A stretch of DNA of 64,000 nt from an uncultured Acidobacteriota bacterium (GCA_963700145.1 OY969474.1:64001-128000); one strand, 5' to 3'. Counted from the first letter of the stretch, positions 22,382 to 32,818 are shown. The notes: generated by a model not told the origin, from the sequence alone. Program-made: numbers and translations.

Positions 22382-22558
22382 GTCTTCCATGCATTGGAGA
22401 TCTATCTCCGACGCCCCGGGATGAATCTCCCATGCATGGAGATCTATCGCCCGCTCTCCGAGATCTTCCCGGAGAACTCGGAGATGATCTCCAGGACCCA
22501 GCCAAGGTCGATCCTCCGGCCGCCCGTAAAGGGCTTGCTGCCCGTGAGTTGGCTGGCT

Positions 22559-22887
22559 TCAAGCCGCGCTGCCAGGCCCGTGCGCCGGGATCTTCTCCAG
22601 CTCGCCAGCCAGGCGTTGCTCGGCATGCCAGAGGTCGTAAGCCAGCTGCATGCGCAGCCAGAATCCCGGGCATTCCCGCAGAACCTGCCCAGGCGCACCG
22701 CCATCTCGGGGCTGACGGAGGATCTTCCGGAGAGGATGCGGTGCAGAGTCTGGCGCGTCACCCGAAGCTGCAGCGCGGCCTCGGTCACGGTGAGCCCCAA
22801 GGCGGGCAGCACGTCCTCACGCAGGATCTCTCCCGGATGAGTGAGCGGCCTCTTGGGCCGCGCCGGCGTTGTCGTGTTCGCAGACAT
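22559..22887 (-). pseudogene. higA: HigA-family antitoxin (XRE HTH), frameshifted near 22670
   Basis: THPGEILREDVL..LTVTEAA..VTRQTLHRIL..VSPEMAVRLG; the conserved FWLRMQLAYDLW continues in another frame. Confidence 0.85.
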
Positions 22888-22898
22888 CCTCCACCTCA

Positions 22899-22958
22899 CT
22901 AGTGATCCTGCTCCAAGTCGACCCGAATCGCCTCGCCCTCCTCCCACTCGAAGGTGAC
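22899..22958 (-). pseudogene. higB: C-terminal remnant of a HigB toxin
   Basis: VTFEWEEGEAIRVDLEQDH* directly upstream of higA resembles the HigB C-terminus (ITFxWxxG..VDLxDYH); no start codon. Confidence 0.65.
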
Positions 22959-23042
22959 GCACAGCTCGCGCAGCACGTCCACCAGGCGGTGGGCCTGATT
23001 GTCGATGACGTAGGGGAGGGGAGTCGCACTCGCGGGATGAAA

Positions 23043-23378
23043 TCAGCGGTCGAGGAGGCGCCGCACCGCAGCCTCGAGCGGCGGCAGCTTGTTCTGGATC
23101 ACGTCCCAGACGATCTCGAGGTCGACGCCGAAGTACTGGTGGGCGAGGATGTCGCGCAGCCCGGCGACCTTGGACCAGGGAACCTCGAGCGCTTGCTGCC
23201 GCACCTCCTCGGGCACTTGTTTGGCGGCCTCTCCTATAATCTCCAAGTTCCGCACTACCGCGTCGACGGCCATGTCATCTCTGCGGAAGCCTTCGAGCGG
23301 GCGCATGCCTACATAACGATGGATTCTGTCGGCCGCCGCTAGGATGTCCTCGAGATAGACCCTAGCGGAACGTGGCAT
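23043..23378 (-). CDS. hepT: HepT-like (DUF86) HEPN ribonuclease toxin
   Basis: [31 protein letters not shown] (Rx4H), IVWDVI. Confidence 0.92.
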   Translation of the reverse strand: MPRSARVYLEDILAAADRIHRYVGMRPLEGFRRDDMAVDAVVRNLEIIGEAAKQVPEEVRQQALEVPWSKVAGLRDILAHQYFGVDLEIVWDVIQNKLPPLEAAVRRLLDR

Positions 23379-23664
23379 AAACCGTTTCCCTCAGGATTTC
23401 TTCGCGGAGGGCTTCCTTGAGGGCCTCCTTGAGCACGAGGTCCACTCTCCGCCCGAACAGCTTCTCTAAGTAGCCCTTGAGATCCAAGTAGGCATCGAGG
23501 CTTTTCTGCCCTGGGAAAAATTCAACCAACACATCCACGTCACTGAGCGCTCGGCCACCACCTCGGGCCTGGGAGCCAAAGACGCCGATCTTCTGCACTC
23601 CGAAGGATTGAAGTGCACCTTGGTGTTCTTCGAGGGAGCGGACGACGTCAATGGGCTTAGTCAT
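23362..23664 (-). CDS. mntA: MNT minimal nucleotidyltransferase antitoxin
   Basis: [25 protein letters not shown]; overlaps hepT. Confidence 0.92.
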   Translation of the reverse strand: MTKPIDVVRSLEEHQGALQSFGVQKIGVFGSQARGGGRALSDVDVLVEFFPGQKSLDAYLDLKGYLEKLFGRRVDLVLKEALKEALREEILRETVYATFR

Positions 23665-23803
23665 CGGTTGCCTCGTAGCTACTGGGGTCTTGCGAGTTCA
23701 TTAGGCGACTTGGCAGCCTTAGGCTCCGGAGGTTCAGTCCCTTCTGGCGGCATTCCTCAATTCTAGGCTGAGCCATGCGATGATAGAAGGCAGGTTCCCG
23801 CCG

Positions 23804-25363
23804 ATGTCTGCCGCGGCTCTGCTTCGTGTCCTCCTCGTCAAGCCGAGCAAGTACGGCGAGGACGGGTTCGTCGAGCGCTTCCGGCGCGGGTTCCTGCCCA
23901 ACAGCACGCTCGCCTACTTGCGCAGCCTCACGCCGGCCGCCGTGGACGGGTCGCCGGTCGAGGTGACGACGGTCGACGAGTACGTCCGCACCGACCTCGG
24001 CTACCTCGATCTCCTGGCACCCGCACCCGGCCGGCGCACGCTCCTGGCACTGGTCGGCGTGCAGAGCCACCAGCTTCACCGCGCGCTCGACCTCGCGGCG
24101 CTGGCGCGGTCGCGCGGGGTCGAGCAGTGCGTCGTCGGCGGGCCGCACCCGATGACTTGCGACACGACCGACCTCCAGGGGCGCGGGGTGAGCTTCGCGC
24201 TGGCGGAGGCGGAGATCATCTGGCCGCAGATCCTGCGGGACGCGGCGGCGGGGGAGCTGCGGCCGCTCTACGGCGAGGACGGGCGCTGGCTGGAGCGGCT
24301 GGACCCGCCGCCGCTCATCCCGCCGACGCGGCGGGAGCTGCGGCGCTACGCGGTGCCGCTCCTCGGCGTCTACCCGGCGCGCGGCTGCCCCTACACCTGC
24401 AACTTCTGCTCGGTGATCAAGATCGCCGGCCGGCAGGTGCGCGGCCAGCCGGTGGCGACGACGATCGCCAGCCTCGAGGCCGCGCGGGCGGCCGGCGTGC
24501 GCTACGTCCTCTTCGCCTCCGACAACTTCAACAAGTACCCGGAGGTGCGGCAGCTGCTGGAGGGCATGATCGAGGCCGGCATCCGCCTGCCGTTCTTCGC
24601 CCAGTGCGACGCGCAGGTGCACCGCCAGGAGGAGCTCTTCGAGCTGCTGGCGCGCGCCGGGTGCTTTCACATGTTCGTCGGCGCCGAGTCGTTCAGCCGC
24701 GAGGCGCTGCGCGGCGCCCACAAGCTGCAGAACGACCCCGCCGCCTACGCGCGGATCGTCGAGCTCTGCCGGCGGCACGGCATCGTCAGCCACTTCTCGA
24801 ACATTCTCGGCTTCCCGCCGGACACCGAGGAGGGGATCGCCGAGCACCTGCGCCGGCTGCGGGAACTGGCGCCGGACGTGGCGTCGTTCTACCTCCTGAC
24901 GCCGATCCCCGGCACCGACCAGTACCAGGACTTCCTCGACCAGGGGCTGATCACGGAGGACAACCTCGACCGCTTCGACGCCACCTGCGTGACGTGGCGT
25001 CATCCGCGCCTGGCGCCGCGGCGCCTGCGCGCCCTCCTCTACGAGGCGTACCGGGGCTTCTACCGCGGGCGCACCGTGACGGCGAAGCTCGGGCGGTGGG
25101 CGCTCGGGCGCCGCGACTTCCGCACCGCCGGCGCGCTGCTCTCGGTCGCCGGCTACTCGTTCCAGTCGCGCTGGGCGGCGCGGCGGCGCGAGCACCCGAT
25201 GGCCGGCGGCCTCGGCCGGGTGCGCCGCGACCGCGCCGCCGACTACCTGCCGCTGCGCCGCCGCCTCTTCGGCTTCGACCTGGCGCCGCTGCCGCGGAGC
25301 CTCGCCCTCTCGCGCGCCGACGAGGACTTGAACCGCCGCGCCAAGCTGCCGCTCGCACGCTGA
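23804..25363 (+). CDS. B12-binding-domain radical SAM protein
   Basis: VVGGPHP, ARGCPYTCNFCSV (CxxxCxxC), FASDNF, FVGAES, ILGFPPDT, LLTPIPGT. Confidence 0.88.
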   Translation: MSAAALLRVLLVKPSKYGEDGFVERFRRGFLPNSTLAYLRSLTPAAVDGSPVEVTTVDEYVRTDLGYLDLLAPAPGRRTLLALVGVQSHQLHRALDLAALARSRGVEQCVVGGPHPMTCDTTDLQGRGVSFALAEAEIIWPQILRDAAAGELRPLYGEDGRWLERLDPPPLIPPTRRELRRYAVPLLGVYPARGCPYTCNFCSVIKIAGRQVRGQPVATTIASLEAARAAGVRYVLFASDNFNKYPEVRQLLEGMIEAGIRLPFFAQCDAQVHRQEELFELLARAGCFHMFVGAESFSREALRGAHKLQNDPAAYARIVELCRRHGIVSHFSNILGFPPDTEEGIAEHLRRLRELAPDVASFYLLTPIPGTDQYQDFLDQGLITEDNLDRFDATCVTWRHPRLAPRRLRALLYEAYRGFYRGRTVTAKLGRWALGRRDFRTAGALLSVAGYSFQSRWAARRREHPMAGGLGRVRRDRAADYLPLRRRLFGFDLAPLPRSLALSRADEDLNRRAKLPLAR

Positions 25364-25412
25364 GCGCAGAGGGAGCTGATAGGCTCCCGCGCGCCCGCCC
25401 GGCAGCCTGCGC

Positions 25413-27194
25413 ATGCGCCGTTCCGCCGTCCTCCCGCTCGCCCCGCTCCTGCTCGTCCTGACGGCCGCCTCCTCGGTCGAGAACGACGCCGCGCCCGAGC
25501 TGTTCGTCGACGCCGCCGCCGCGAGCGGGCTCGACTTCGTCCACTTCAACGGCATGTCGGGCGAGCTCTACTTCACCGAGATGATGGGGCCGGGGGGCGC
25601 GCTCTTCGACTACGACGGCGACGGCGACCTCGACGTCTACCTGGTGCAGGGGGCGATGCTGGGGCCCAAGAAGACGCCGGCGCAGGCGACGGTGCCGCCG
25701 CAAGGGCCCCTCCCGCCGCGCGGGCGGCTCTTCCGCAACGACCTGCGCGTGGCGGCGGACGGCGCGCGGACGCTGCGCTTCACCGACGTCACGGCGGCGA
25801 GCGGCATCGACGCCCGCGCCAACGGCATGGGGGTGGCGACCGGGGACTTCGACAACGACGGCCGCCTCGACCTCTTCCTCGCCCACGACGGTCCGGACCA
25901 GCTGCTGCGCAACCGGGGCGCCGACGGCTCCGGCCAGGTCACCTTCGAGGACGTCTCCGCCCAGGCCGGCGTCACCGATCCGCTGTGGAGCGTCGGCGCT
26001 TCGTTCCTCGACTTCGACCGCGACGGCTGGCTCGACCTCTACGTCGTCAACTACGTGGACTTCCCGCTGGCCAAGAACCCGTCCTGCTACGCCGCCAGCA
26101 GTCGGCGCGACTATTGCGGCCCGGCCGACTTCCCGCCGGTGCCCGACCGCCTCTACCGCAATCGCGGCAAGGATGCCGCCGGGCACGTCGCCTTCGAGGA
26201 CGTCTCGACGCGCGCCGGAATCGCCGGCGCGGCGGCGCCGGGGCCGGGGCTCGGCGTCGTCGCCTTCGACGCCGACCGCGACGGCTGGCAGGACCTCTAC
26301 GTCGCCGAGGACGGCGCCCCCAACCGCCTGTGGATGAACCGGCGCGACGGCACCTTCCGCGACGAGGCGCCGCTCGCCGGCGCGGCGGTCAACCGGCTGG
26401 GGCGCCCCGAGGCGAGCATGGGGGTGGACGCCGGCGACTTCGACGCCGACGGCGACGAGGACCTCTTCATGACCCACCTCGACGGCGAGACCAACACGCT
26501 CTACGTCAACGACGGGGCCGGCCTCTTCGAGGACCGGACGGTCGAGAGCGGCTTGGCGCAGGGGAGCCTCCCCTTCACCTCCTTCGGCACCTGGTGGCTG
26601 GACGTCGAGAACGACGGCTGGCTCGACCTCTTCATCGCCAACGGCGCGGTGCGCATCCAGGAGGAGCTGGCGCGCACCGGCGACCCCTTCCCGCTGGCGC
26701 AGACGAACCAGCTCTATCGGAACCTGGGCAAGGACGCGGCGGGGCGGGTGCGCTTCGCCGAGGCGACGGCCGAGGCGGGGACGGTCTTCGGCCGCCCGGC
26801 GGTCGGGCGCGGCGCTGCCTTCGGCGACGTCGACGAGGACGGCGACACCGACGTCCTGGTCTGCAACAACAACGGCCCGGTGCGCTTGCTGCTGAACCAG
26901 GCCGGCTCGCGCAATCCGTGGCTCGGGCTGCGGCTCGTCGACCGCCACGGCCGTGACGCGCTCGGCGCCCGCGTCGAGGTGGCGCGGCAGGGTGCGCCCG
27001 CGCTCTGGCGACGCGCCCATAGCGACGGCAGCTACGCCTCGGCGAGCGACCCGCGGGTGCAGGTCGGGCTCGGCGCGGCGCCGCGCGTCACCGCGGTGCG
27101 GGTCCTCTGGCCGGACGGCGCCGCGGAGAGCTTTCCGCCGCCGCCGCTCGGCCGCTACACCACGCTCGAGCAGGGGACTGGAAAAACGCCATGA
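25413..27194 (+). CDS. CRTAC1-family protein (FG-GAP repeats + ASPIC/UnbV domain)
   Basis: Repeated DYDGDGDLD/DFDNDGRLD/DFDRDGWLD motifs; GRGAAFGDVD; RDALGARV..GSYASASDPRVQVGLG; signal peptide. Confidence 0.9.
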   Translation: MRRSAVLPLAPLLLVLTAASSVENDAAPELFVDAAAASGLDFVHFNGMSGELYFTEMMGPGGALFDYDGDGDLDVYLVQGAMLGPKKTPAQATVPPQGPLPPRGRLFRNDLRVAADGARTLRFTDVTAASGIDARANGMGVATGDFDNDGRLDLFLAHDGPDQLLRNRGADGSGQVTFEDVSAQAGVTDPLWSVGASFLDFDRDGWLDLYVVNYVDFPLAKNPSCYAASSRRDYCGPADFPPVPDRLYRNRGKDAAGHVAFEDVSTRAGIAGAAAPGPGLGVVAFDADRDGWQDLYVAEDGAPNRLWMNRRDGTFRDEAPLAGAAVNRLGRPEASMGVDAGDFDADGDEDLFMTHLDGETNTLYVNDGAGLFEDRTVESGLAQGSLPFTSFGTWWLDVENDGWLDLFIANGAVRIQEELARTGDPFPLAQTNQLYRNLGKDAAGRVRFAEATAEAGTVFGRPAVGRGAAFGDVDEDGDTDVLVCNNNGPVRLLLNQAGSRNPWLGLRLVDRHGRDALGARVEVARQGAPALWRRAHSDGSYASASDPRVQVGLGAAPRVTAVRVLWPDGAAESFPPPPLGRYTTLEQGTGKTP

Positions 27195-28780
27195 GCCGGA
27201 CAACGAGCGTCGTGCTGCTTACCCTCGTTCTACTCGCCGCGCCCACCGCCGCGCAACCGCCGACCGCGCAGCCGCCGGCACCGCAGCTGGAGGCCATCCC
27301 CTACCCCGACGTTGCCGGCCTCGAGCCCGCGGTCGCCGAGAGCATGCGCGACGCGCGCGCCGTCCTCGAGGGGCTGCTCGTCGCCCCCGAAGGCGGCCTC
27401 ACCAGCGAGCTGGCGGAGGTCTACGGCCAGCTCGGGCAGCTCTACCACGCCCACGATTTCGCCGCGGCCGCCGCGGTGGCGTACCGCAATGCCGTCCGGC
27501 TCGCTCCCGACGAGCCGCGCTGGATCTACCTCCTGGCGCTGCTCGACCAGGCCGCGGGCCGGCTGGAGGACGCCGCCGACGGCTACACCCGCGCCGCCGA
27601 GCTGCGTCCCGACCTCGTCGCCGCCCTCGTCCACCTGGGCGAGGTGCGCCTGGCGCAGAACCAGCCGGACGAGGCCGAGCGCTTCTTCCACCGGGCGCTG
27701 ACGGTCGCGCGCACCGCCGCCGCCTACGCCGGGCTCGGGCAGGCGGCGCTCTCGCGGCGCAGCTACCGCGAGGCGATCGCTCATTTCGAGGCGGCGCTCG
27801 CCGCCGCGCCCGACGCCAACGCCCTCCACCACCCGCTGGCCCTCGCCTACCGCGACGCGGGGGAGACGGAGCGCGCCCGCGAGCACCTGGCGCTCGCCGG
27901 CTCGGTCGGCGTGCGCCCGCCCGACCCTTGGCTCGACGAGCTGCAGCAGGTGGCGCGGGGCGAGCGCTGGCACCTGCTGCGCGGCCGCGTGGCGTTTCGC
28001 AAGGGTCGCTACGCCGACGCGGCGACGGAGTTCCGCGCCGCCGTCGCCGCCCGGCCGGAGAGCGCCGGCGCGCGCATCGCGCTCGGCGCGGCGCTCGCCG
28101 CGGCCGGCGACCGGCAGGCGGCGCTCGCCGAGCTCGAGGCGGCCCTGCGGCTCGAGCCGCAGAACGGCACCGCCCACTACAACGTGGGCTCGCTGCTGAT
28201 GGCGGAGGAGGGGCGGGCGGCGGAGGCGGCCGAGCACCTGCGCGCCGCCGTCGCCGCCGACGCGAGCGACGGCGCCGCCCACAACGCGCTCGGGAGGCTG
28301 CTCGACCGCGCGGGGCAGCCGGAGGAGGCGCTCGTCCACTTCACCGAGGCCGTCGAGCACCTCCCGGCCGACGAGCAGGCGGCCCTCGACGAGGCGGCCT
28401 TGCTGGTCCGGCTCGGGCGCTTCCGGCCGGCGCGGGCGCGGCTCGAAGAGGCGCTCGAGCGGCTGCCGGACAGCGGCCGGCTCACCCACGCCCTGGCGCG
28501 CGTCCTCGCCGGCGCGCCCGACCTCACGGTGCGCGACGGCGCCCGCGCCCTCGAGTTGGCGGAGAAGGTCCACACCGCCCGCCCCGAGGCCTTCGCGGCC
28601 GCCACCGTTGCCCTCGCCCTCGCCGAGCTCGGCCGCTGCGACGAGGCGGCGCAGTGGCAGCGGCGGGCGGTCGAAGCGGCGCGCGCCGAGGGCTCCGCCG
28701 AGCGCCTCGCCGAGCTGGAAGGCGCCCTCGCCGGGTACGAGCGCGGCGCGCCCTGCCGCCCGCCCGGCGCGGCGCCCTAG
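27191..28780 (+). CDS. Secreted tetratricopeptide repeat protein
   Basis: Signal peptide, about 10 TPR-like units, C-terminal RDGARALELA; ATGA overlap with the upstream gene. Confidence 0.85.
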   Translation: MSRTTSVVLLTLVLLAAPTAAQPPTAQPPAPQLEAIPYPDVAGLEPAVAESMRDARAVLEGLLVAPEGGLTSELAEVYGQLGQLYHAHDFAAAAAVAYRNAVRLAPDEPRWIYLLALLDQAAGRLEDAADGYTRAAELRPDLVAALVHLGEVRLAQNQPDEAERFFHRALTVARTAAAYAGLGQAALSRRSYREAIAHFEAALAAAPDANALHHPLALAYRDAGETERAREHLALAGSVGVRPPDPWLDELQQVARGERWHLLRGRVAFRKGRYADAATEFRAAVAARPESAGARIALGAALAAAGDRQAALAELEAALRLEPQNGTAHYNVGSLLMAEEGRAAEAAEHLRAAVAADASDGAAHNALGRLLDRAGQPEEALVHFTEAVEHLPADEQAALDEAALLVRLGRFRPARARLEEALERLPDSGRLTHALARVLAGAPDLTVRDGARALELAEKVHTARPEAFAAATVALALAELGRCDEAAQWQRRAVEAARAEGSAERLAELEGALAGYERGAPCRPPGAAP

Positions 28781-28957
28781 GCGCCCGGCCCGCCCGTCCT
28801 GTCACGCTTTCCCCCTCTGGCGATACCGTTCCTTTCAGAGGCCAGAGCACCCAGAGCACCCAGGACGAGTCTGTCCGAGCCGCATGAACGAGCCAACGCG
28901 CGGACCGCGATCGGGGGGGATCGGAGGGTTGCGGACCGCTTCACAGAGGAGGATCCG

Positions 28958-31900
28958 ATGAAGCATGCCGTCCGCAGGACGGGCCGGATCGCCGGTCTCT
29001 TCGGGCTGCTGGCCGCACTGGCCGGCGGTGCCGCGTGGGGCACGAAGCCCCCCGAGGAGTCGGGCGCCTACCTGAAGCAGAAGGAATTCTTCAAACCGGA
29101 GCTCTACATCAGCAGCTCCCACGCCGACCTCGAAGCCGTCGGCGGGCAGCTCCCCAACAAGAAGGCCTGGGACGACTACCAGAAAGGGCGCGCCGACAAG
29201 GGGAAGGCGAAGGCCAAGGCCTTCATCGACCCGCGCTCCGGCGCCGCCACCAACCTGATGCCGGCCGAGCCGCTGCTGCCCGGGCGCGGCGCCGGCAACG
29301 CGGTGACGCTCGAAGAGCTGGGGGCCAAGATCGGCAAGCAGCTCTCGAAGCTCGACGCCGTCGCGGTGGGCGACGCCGGCCTGCTCTTCGTGCGCGACTA
29401 CAAGGACGTCCTCGCCGTCGACCTCGATCAGCTCGGCGGCATCCGCACGACGCAGATCCACGACGGCCTCTGGCAGATCAGCATCCCGCAGACCTACAAG
29501 GGGGTGCCGGTGCGCCACGGCCGGCTGGTCGTCTCGATCAACAACGGCAACGTGGTGGTCGCCGGCGCCGAGACCTGGGCCAACGTCAAGGGCCTCTCGG
29601 TCAACGCCAAGGTGACCGCGGCCGCGGCGCTGGCGGCCGGCTTCGCCCACGCCGGCGGCGGCTCGGCGATGGACGAGATGCTCCGCCAGCCGACCCTCGA
29701 GATCATCCCGGTGGCGGCCAAGGAGCACGAGAACAACGGCAAGTTCGAGGGCCCGATCGGCGCCGGCTACAAGCACCGCCTGATCTGGAGCTTCGTCTTC
29801 CGGCGCCTGCCGGACGAGGCCGCCTGGGAGGTCATGGTCGACGCCCACGACGGCGAGGTGCTCGCCTTCCAGGACGCCAACCACTACGTCAACCAGTCGA
29901 TCACCGGCGGCGTCTACCCGGTGACCTCGACCGGGATCTGCCCGACCAACGGCACCTGCGGCATCATGCAGAGCGGCTGGCCGATGCCCTTCGCCGACAC
30001 CGGTCTCGCCTCGCCCAACAACTTCACCAACAGCGGCGGCATCTTCAACTACACCAGCGGCACGGCGACGACGACGCTCACCGGCCGCTACGTCGACATC
30101 GTCGACAACTGCGGCGCGATCAGCAACGGCGCCGCCGGCTCGATCAACCTCGGCGGCACCAACAACCAGCACGACTGCACGACCGGCGGCGGCTCGGCGG
30201 GCAACACGCCGGCCTCGCGCACGGCGTTCTACGAGCTCAACAAGATCGCCGAGCAGGCGCGCGGCTACCTGCCCTCCAACACCTGGCTGCAGGCGCGGCT
30301 GACCACCAACGTCAACATCAACCAGACCTGCAACGCCTTCTGGAGCCCGGCGGCGGGGACGGTCAACTTCTACCGCTCGGGCGGCGGCTGCCGCAACACC
30401 GGCGAGCTGGCCGGGGTCTTCGACCACGAGTGGGGCCACGGCATGGACGACAACGACGCCGGCGGCGGCCTCTCGAACTCCAGCGAGGCCTACGCCGACA
30501 TCGCGGCCATCTACCGCCTGCAGGACTCCTGCGTCGGCCACGGCTTCTTCCAGACCCTCGACGACGGCTGCGGCATGACCGCCGACGGCACCGGCTTCAA
30601 CTCCAACGAGGCGCAGCAGGGCGCCGCCCACTGCGACCTCAACTGCTCGGGGGTGCGCGACGCCGACTACCTGCGGCACAGCCCGAACACGCCGGACACC
30701 GCGCTCGGCTTCGTCTGCACTTCCTGCCTGGCGAGCACCGGCCCCTGCGGCCGGCAGGTGCACTGCGCCGCGGCACCATCGCGGCAGGCGGCCTGGGACC
30801 TGGTGGCGCGCGACCTCCAGCAGGCGCCCTTCAACCTCGACAGCCAGACGGCGTTCATCGTCGGCAACAAGCTCTTCTACCAGGGCAGCGGCAACATCGG
30901 CACGTGGCACGCCTGCACCTGCGGCGGCACTTCGTCGGGGTGCGGCGCGACCAACGCCTACATGCAGTGGATCACCGCCGACGACGACAACGGGAACCTC
31001 AACGACGGCACGCCGCACATGACGGCGATCTTCAACGCCTTCAACCGCCACGGCATCGCCTGCGCCACGCCGACGGCCGTCAACAGCGGCTGCGCGGCGG
31101 GCCCGAGCGTGGCGCCGACCCTCGGCGGCACGGCCGGTGACTACCTGTCGTCGCTGTCGTGGAACTCGGTCTCCGGCGCCACCCGCTACTGGGTGTTCCG
31201 CACCGAGGGGCATGCCGGCTGCAACTTCGGCAAGACGCTGATCGCCGAGACCACCGGCCTCTCTTACACCGACACCCAGGTGGCGGCCGGCCGCCTGTAC
31301 TCCTACAACGTGGTCGCCGCGGGGTCCTCCTCGGCCTGTTACGGCCGAGCGAGCAACTGCGTGCAGGTCACCCCGACCGCCGGCGCGCCGACGCCGGACT
31401 TCAGCATCGCGTGCAGCCCGTCGAGCCTGACGGTGACCCAGGGGAGCAACACGAGCACGACCTGCACCGTGACCTCGATCAACGGCTTCTCGAGCCTGGT
31501 GACGCTGTCGTGCGCCAACCTGCCGTCGGGCTCCTCCTGCGGCTTCAGCCCGGCCTCGGTCACCCCGCCGGCCAACGGCACGGCCAACAGCACCCTGACC
31601 GTCACGGCGACGGCCGGGGCCGCGACCGGCACCTTCACCATCCAGGCGCAGGGGACGAGCGGCGCGACGCGCAGCACCAACCTCTCGCTCACCGTCAATC
31701 CGAGCGGCGGCGGCGGGGCGCAGAACGCGGTCTTCGACGGTGTCCTCCAGGCCCCGAAGTGCGCCACCGTCGGCATCTCCTGCGACTCCGGCGCGACGCT
31801 CCTCCTCGGCCGCGACAACATGAGCGGCGGGGTCGAGCCGAACCAGCCGAACACCATCAACGACTCCTGCGCCGACGGCGCCTCGGGCACCTTCCACGTC

Positions 31901-32788
31901 GACGAGTCGAACGACCGCATCAAGGTCTCGACGACCGACGGCACCAACTTCGCGCCGGGCAAGACGGTGCGGATCGACGCCACGGTGTGGGTGTGGAGCG
32001 GCGGCCCGACCTCGGACCACCTCGACCTCTACTACGCCGCCAACGCCAACAGCCCGAGCTGGACGTTCCTCACCACCATCAACCCGACGGTGGGCGGCGC
32101 CCAGACCTTCAGCGCCAACTACACGCTGCCCTCGGGGGCGCTCCAGGCAGTCCGCGCGCGCTTCCGCTACCAGGGGGCCGCGTCCTCCTGCGCCACCGGC
32201 GCCTACATCGACCACGACGACCTGGTCTTCGCGGTCAGCAGCCCGCCGGTGACGACGGTGTTCTTCGACGACTTCGAGACCAGCCTGGGGTGGACGACGA
32301 ACCCCAGCGGCACCGACACGGCGACGACCGGACAGTGGGCGCGCGCCGACCCGGCGCAGACCGACTCGAGCGGTCCGAAGCAGCTCGGCACGACGGTGTC
32401 GGGGCTCAACGACCTGGTGACCGGCCCGCTGGCCGGCGCCGCGGCCGGCGACCACGACATCGACAACGGCACGACCTCGATCCGGTCGCCCGCCATCACC
32501 CTGCCGTCCACCGGTACGCTGACGCTGTCGTTCAGCTACTACCTGGCGCACGGCACCAACTCCTCGACCGCCGACTTCCTGCGCGTCTCGGTCGTCGGCG
32601 CGACGACGAGCCAGGTGTTGCAGGAGCTGGGAGCGGCCGACGACGACGATGCGGTGTGGGCGACGCACTCGGTGAACATCAGCTCGTTCGCCGGGCAGAG
32701 CGTCCGCATCCTCATCGAGGCGGCCGACGCCTCGACCGCGAGCCTCGTCGAGGCCGCGGTGGACGACGTGAGGATCACGCAGCAGTAG
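28958..32788 (+). CDS. Secreted gluzincin metallopeptidase (M4/M36-like) with propeptide and several C-terminal beta-sandwich domains
   Basis: GGAGG RBS, signal peptide, FTP/PepSY-like propeptide (QTYKGVPV; WEVMVDAHDGEVL), DHEWGH...SEAYAD zinc motif. Confidence 0.88.
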   Translation: MKHAVRRTGRIAGLFGLLAALAGGAAWGTKPPEESGAYLKQKEFFKPELYISSSHADLEAVGGQLPNKKAWDDYQKGRADKGKAKAKAFIDPRSGAATNLMPAEPLLPGRGAGNAVTLEELGAKIGKQLSKLDAVAVGDAGLLFVRDYKDVLAVDLDQLGGIRTTQIHDGLWQISIPQTYKGVPVRHGRLVVSINNGNVVVAGAETWANVKGLSVNAKVTAAAALAAGFAHAGGGSAMDEMLRQPTLEIIPVAAKEHENNGKFEGPIGAGYKHRLIWSFVFRRLPDEAAWEVMVDAHDGEVLAFQDANHYVNQSITGGVYPVTSTGICPTNGTCGIMQSGWPMPFADTGLASPNNFTNSGGIFNYTSGTATTTLTGRYVDIVDNCGAISNGAAGSINLGGTNNQHDCTTGGGSAGNTPASRTAFYELNKIAEQARGYLPSNTWLQARLTTNVNINQTCNAFWSPAAGTVNFYRSGGGCRNTGELAGVFDHEWGHGMDDNDAGGGLSNSSEAYADIAAIYRLQDSCVGHGFFQTLDDGCGMTADGTGFNSNEAQQGAAHCDLNCSGVRDADYLRHSPNTPDTALGFVCTSCLASTGPCGRQVHCAAAPSRQAAWDLVARDLQQAPFNLDSQTAFIVGNKLFYQGSGNIGTWHACTCGGTSSGCGATNAYMQWITADDDNGNLNDGTPHMTAIFNAFNRHGIACATPTAVNSGCAAGPSVAPTLGGTAGDYLSSLSWNSVSGATRYWVFRTEGHAGCNFGKTLIAETTGLSYTDTQVAAGRLYSYNVVAAGSSSACYGRASNCVQVTPTAGAPTPDFSIACSPSSLTVTQGSNTSTTCTVTSINGFSSLVTLSCANLPSGSSCGFSPASVTPPANGTANSTLTVTATAGAATGTFTIQAQGTSGATRSTNLSLTVNPSGGGGAQNAVFDGVLQAPKCATVGISCDSGATLLLGRDNMSGGVEPNQPNTINDSCADGASGTFHVDESNDRIKVSTTDGTNFAPGKTVRIDATVWVWSGGPTSDHLDLYYAANANSPSWTFLTTINPTVGGAQTFSANYTLPSGALQAVRARFRYQGAASSCATGAYIDHDDLVFAVSSPPVTTVFFDDFETSLGWTTNPSGTDTATTGQWARADPAQTDSSGPKQLGTTVSGLNDLVTGPLAGAAAGDHDIDNGTTSIRSPAITLPSTGTLTLSFSYYLAHGTNSSTADFLRVSVVGATTSQVLQELGAADDDDAVWATHSVNISSFAGQSVRILIEAADASTASLVEAAVDDVRITQQ

Positions 32789-32818
32789 GGGAGTCAGTCC
32801 GCAGTCGACGAGCAGGAC

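Larger units (their letters stand above)
20938..22492. repeat. 21-bp-period array of GGAGAT-NN-ATCTCC-like palindromes, split by IS256
   Basis: Unit starts at 20938, 20959, 20980, (21001), then after the IS at 22396, 22417, 22438, 22459, 22480. Confidence 0.75.
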
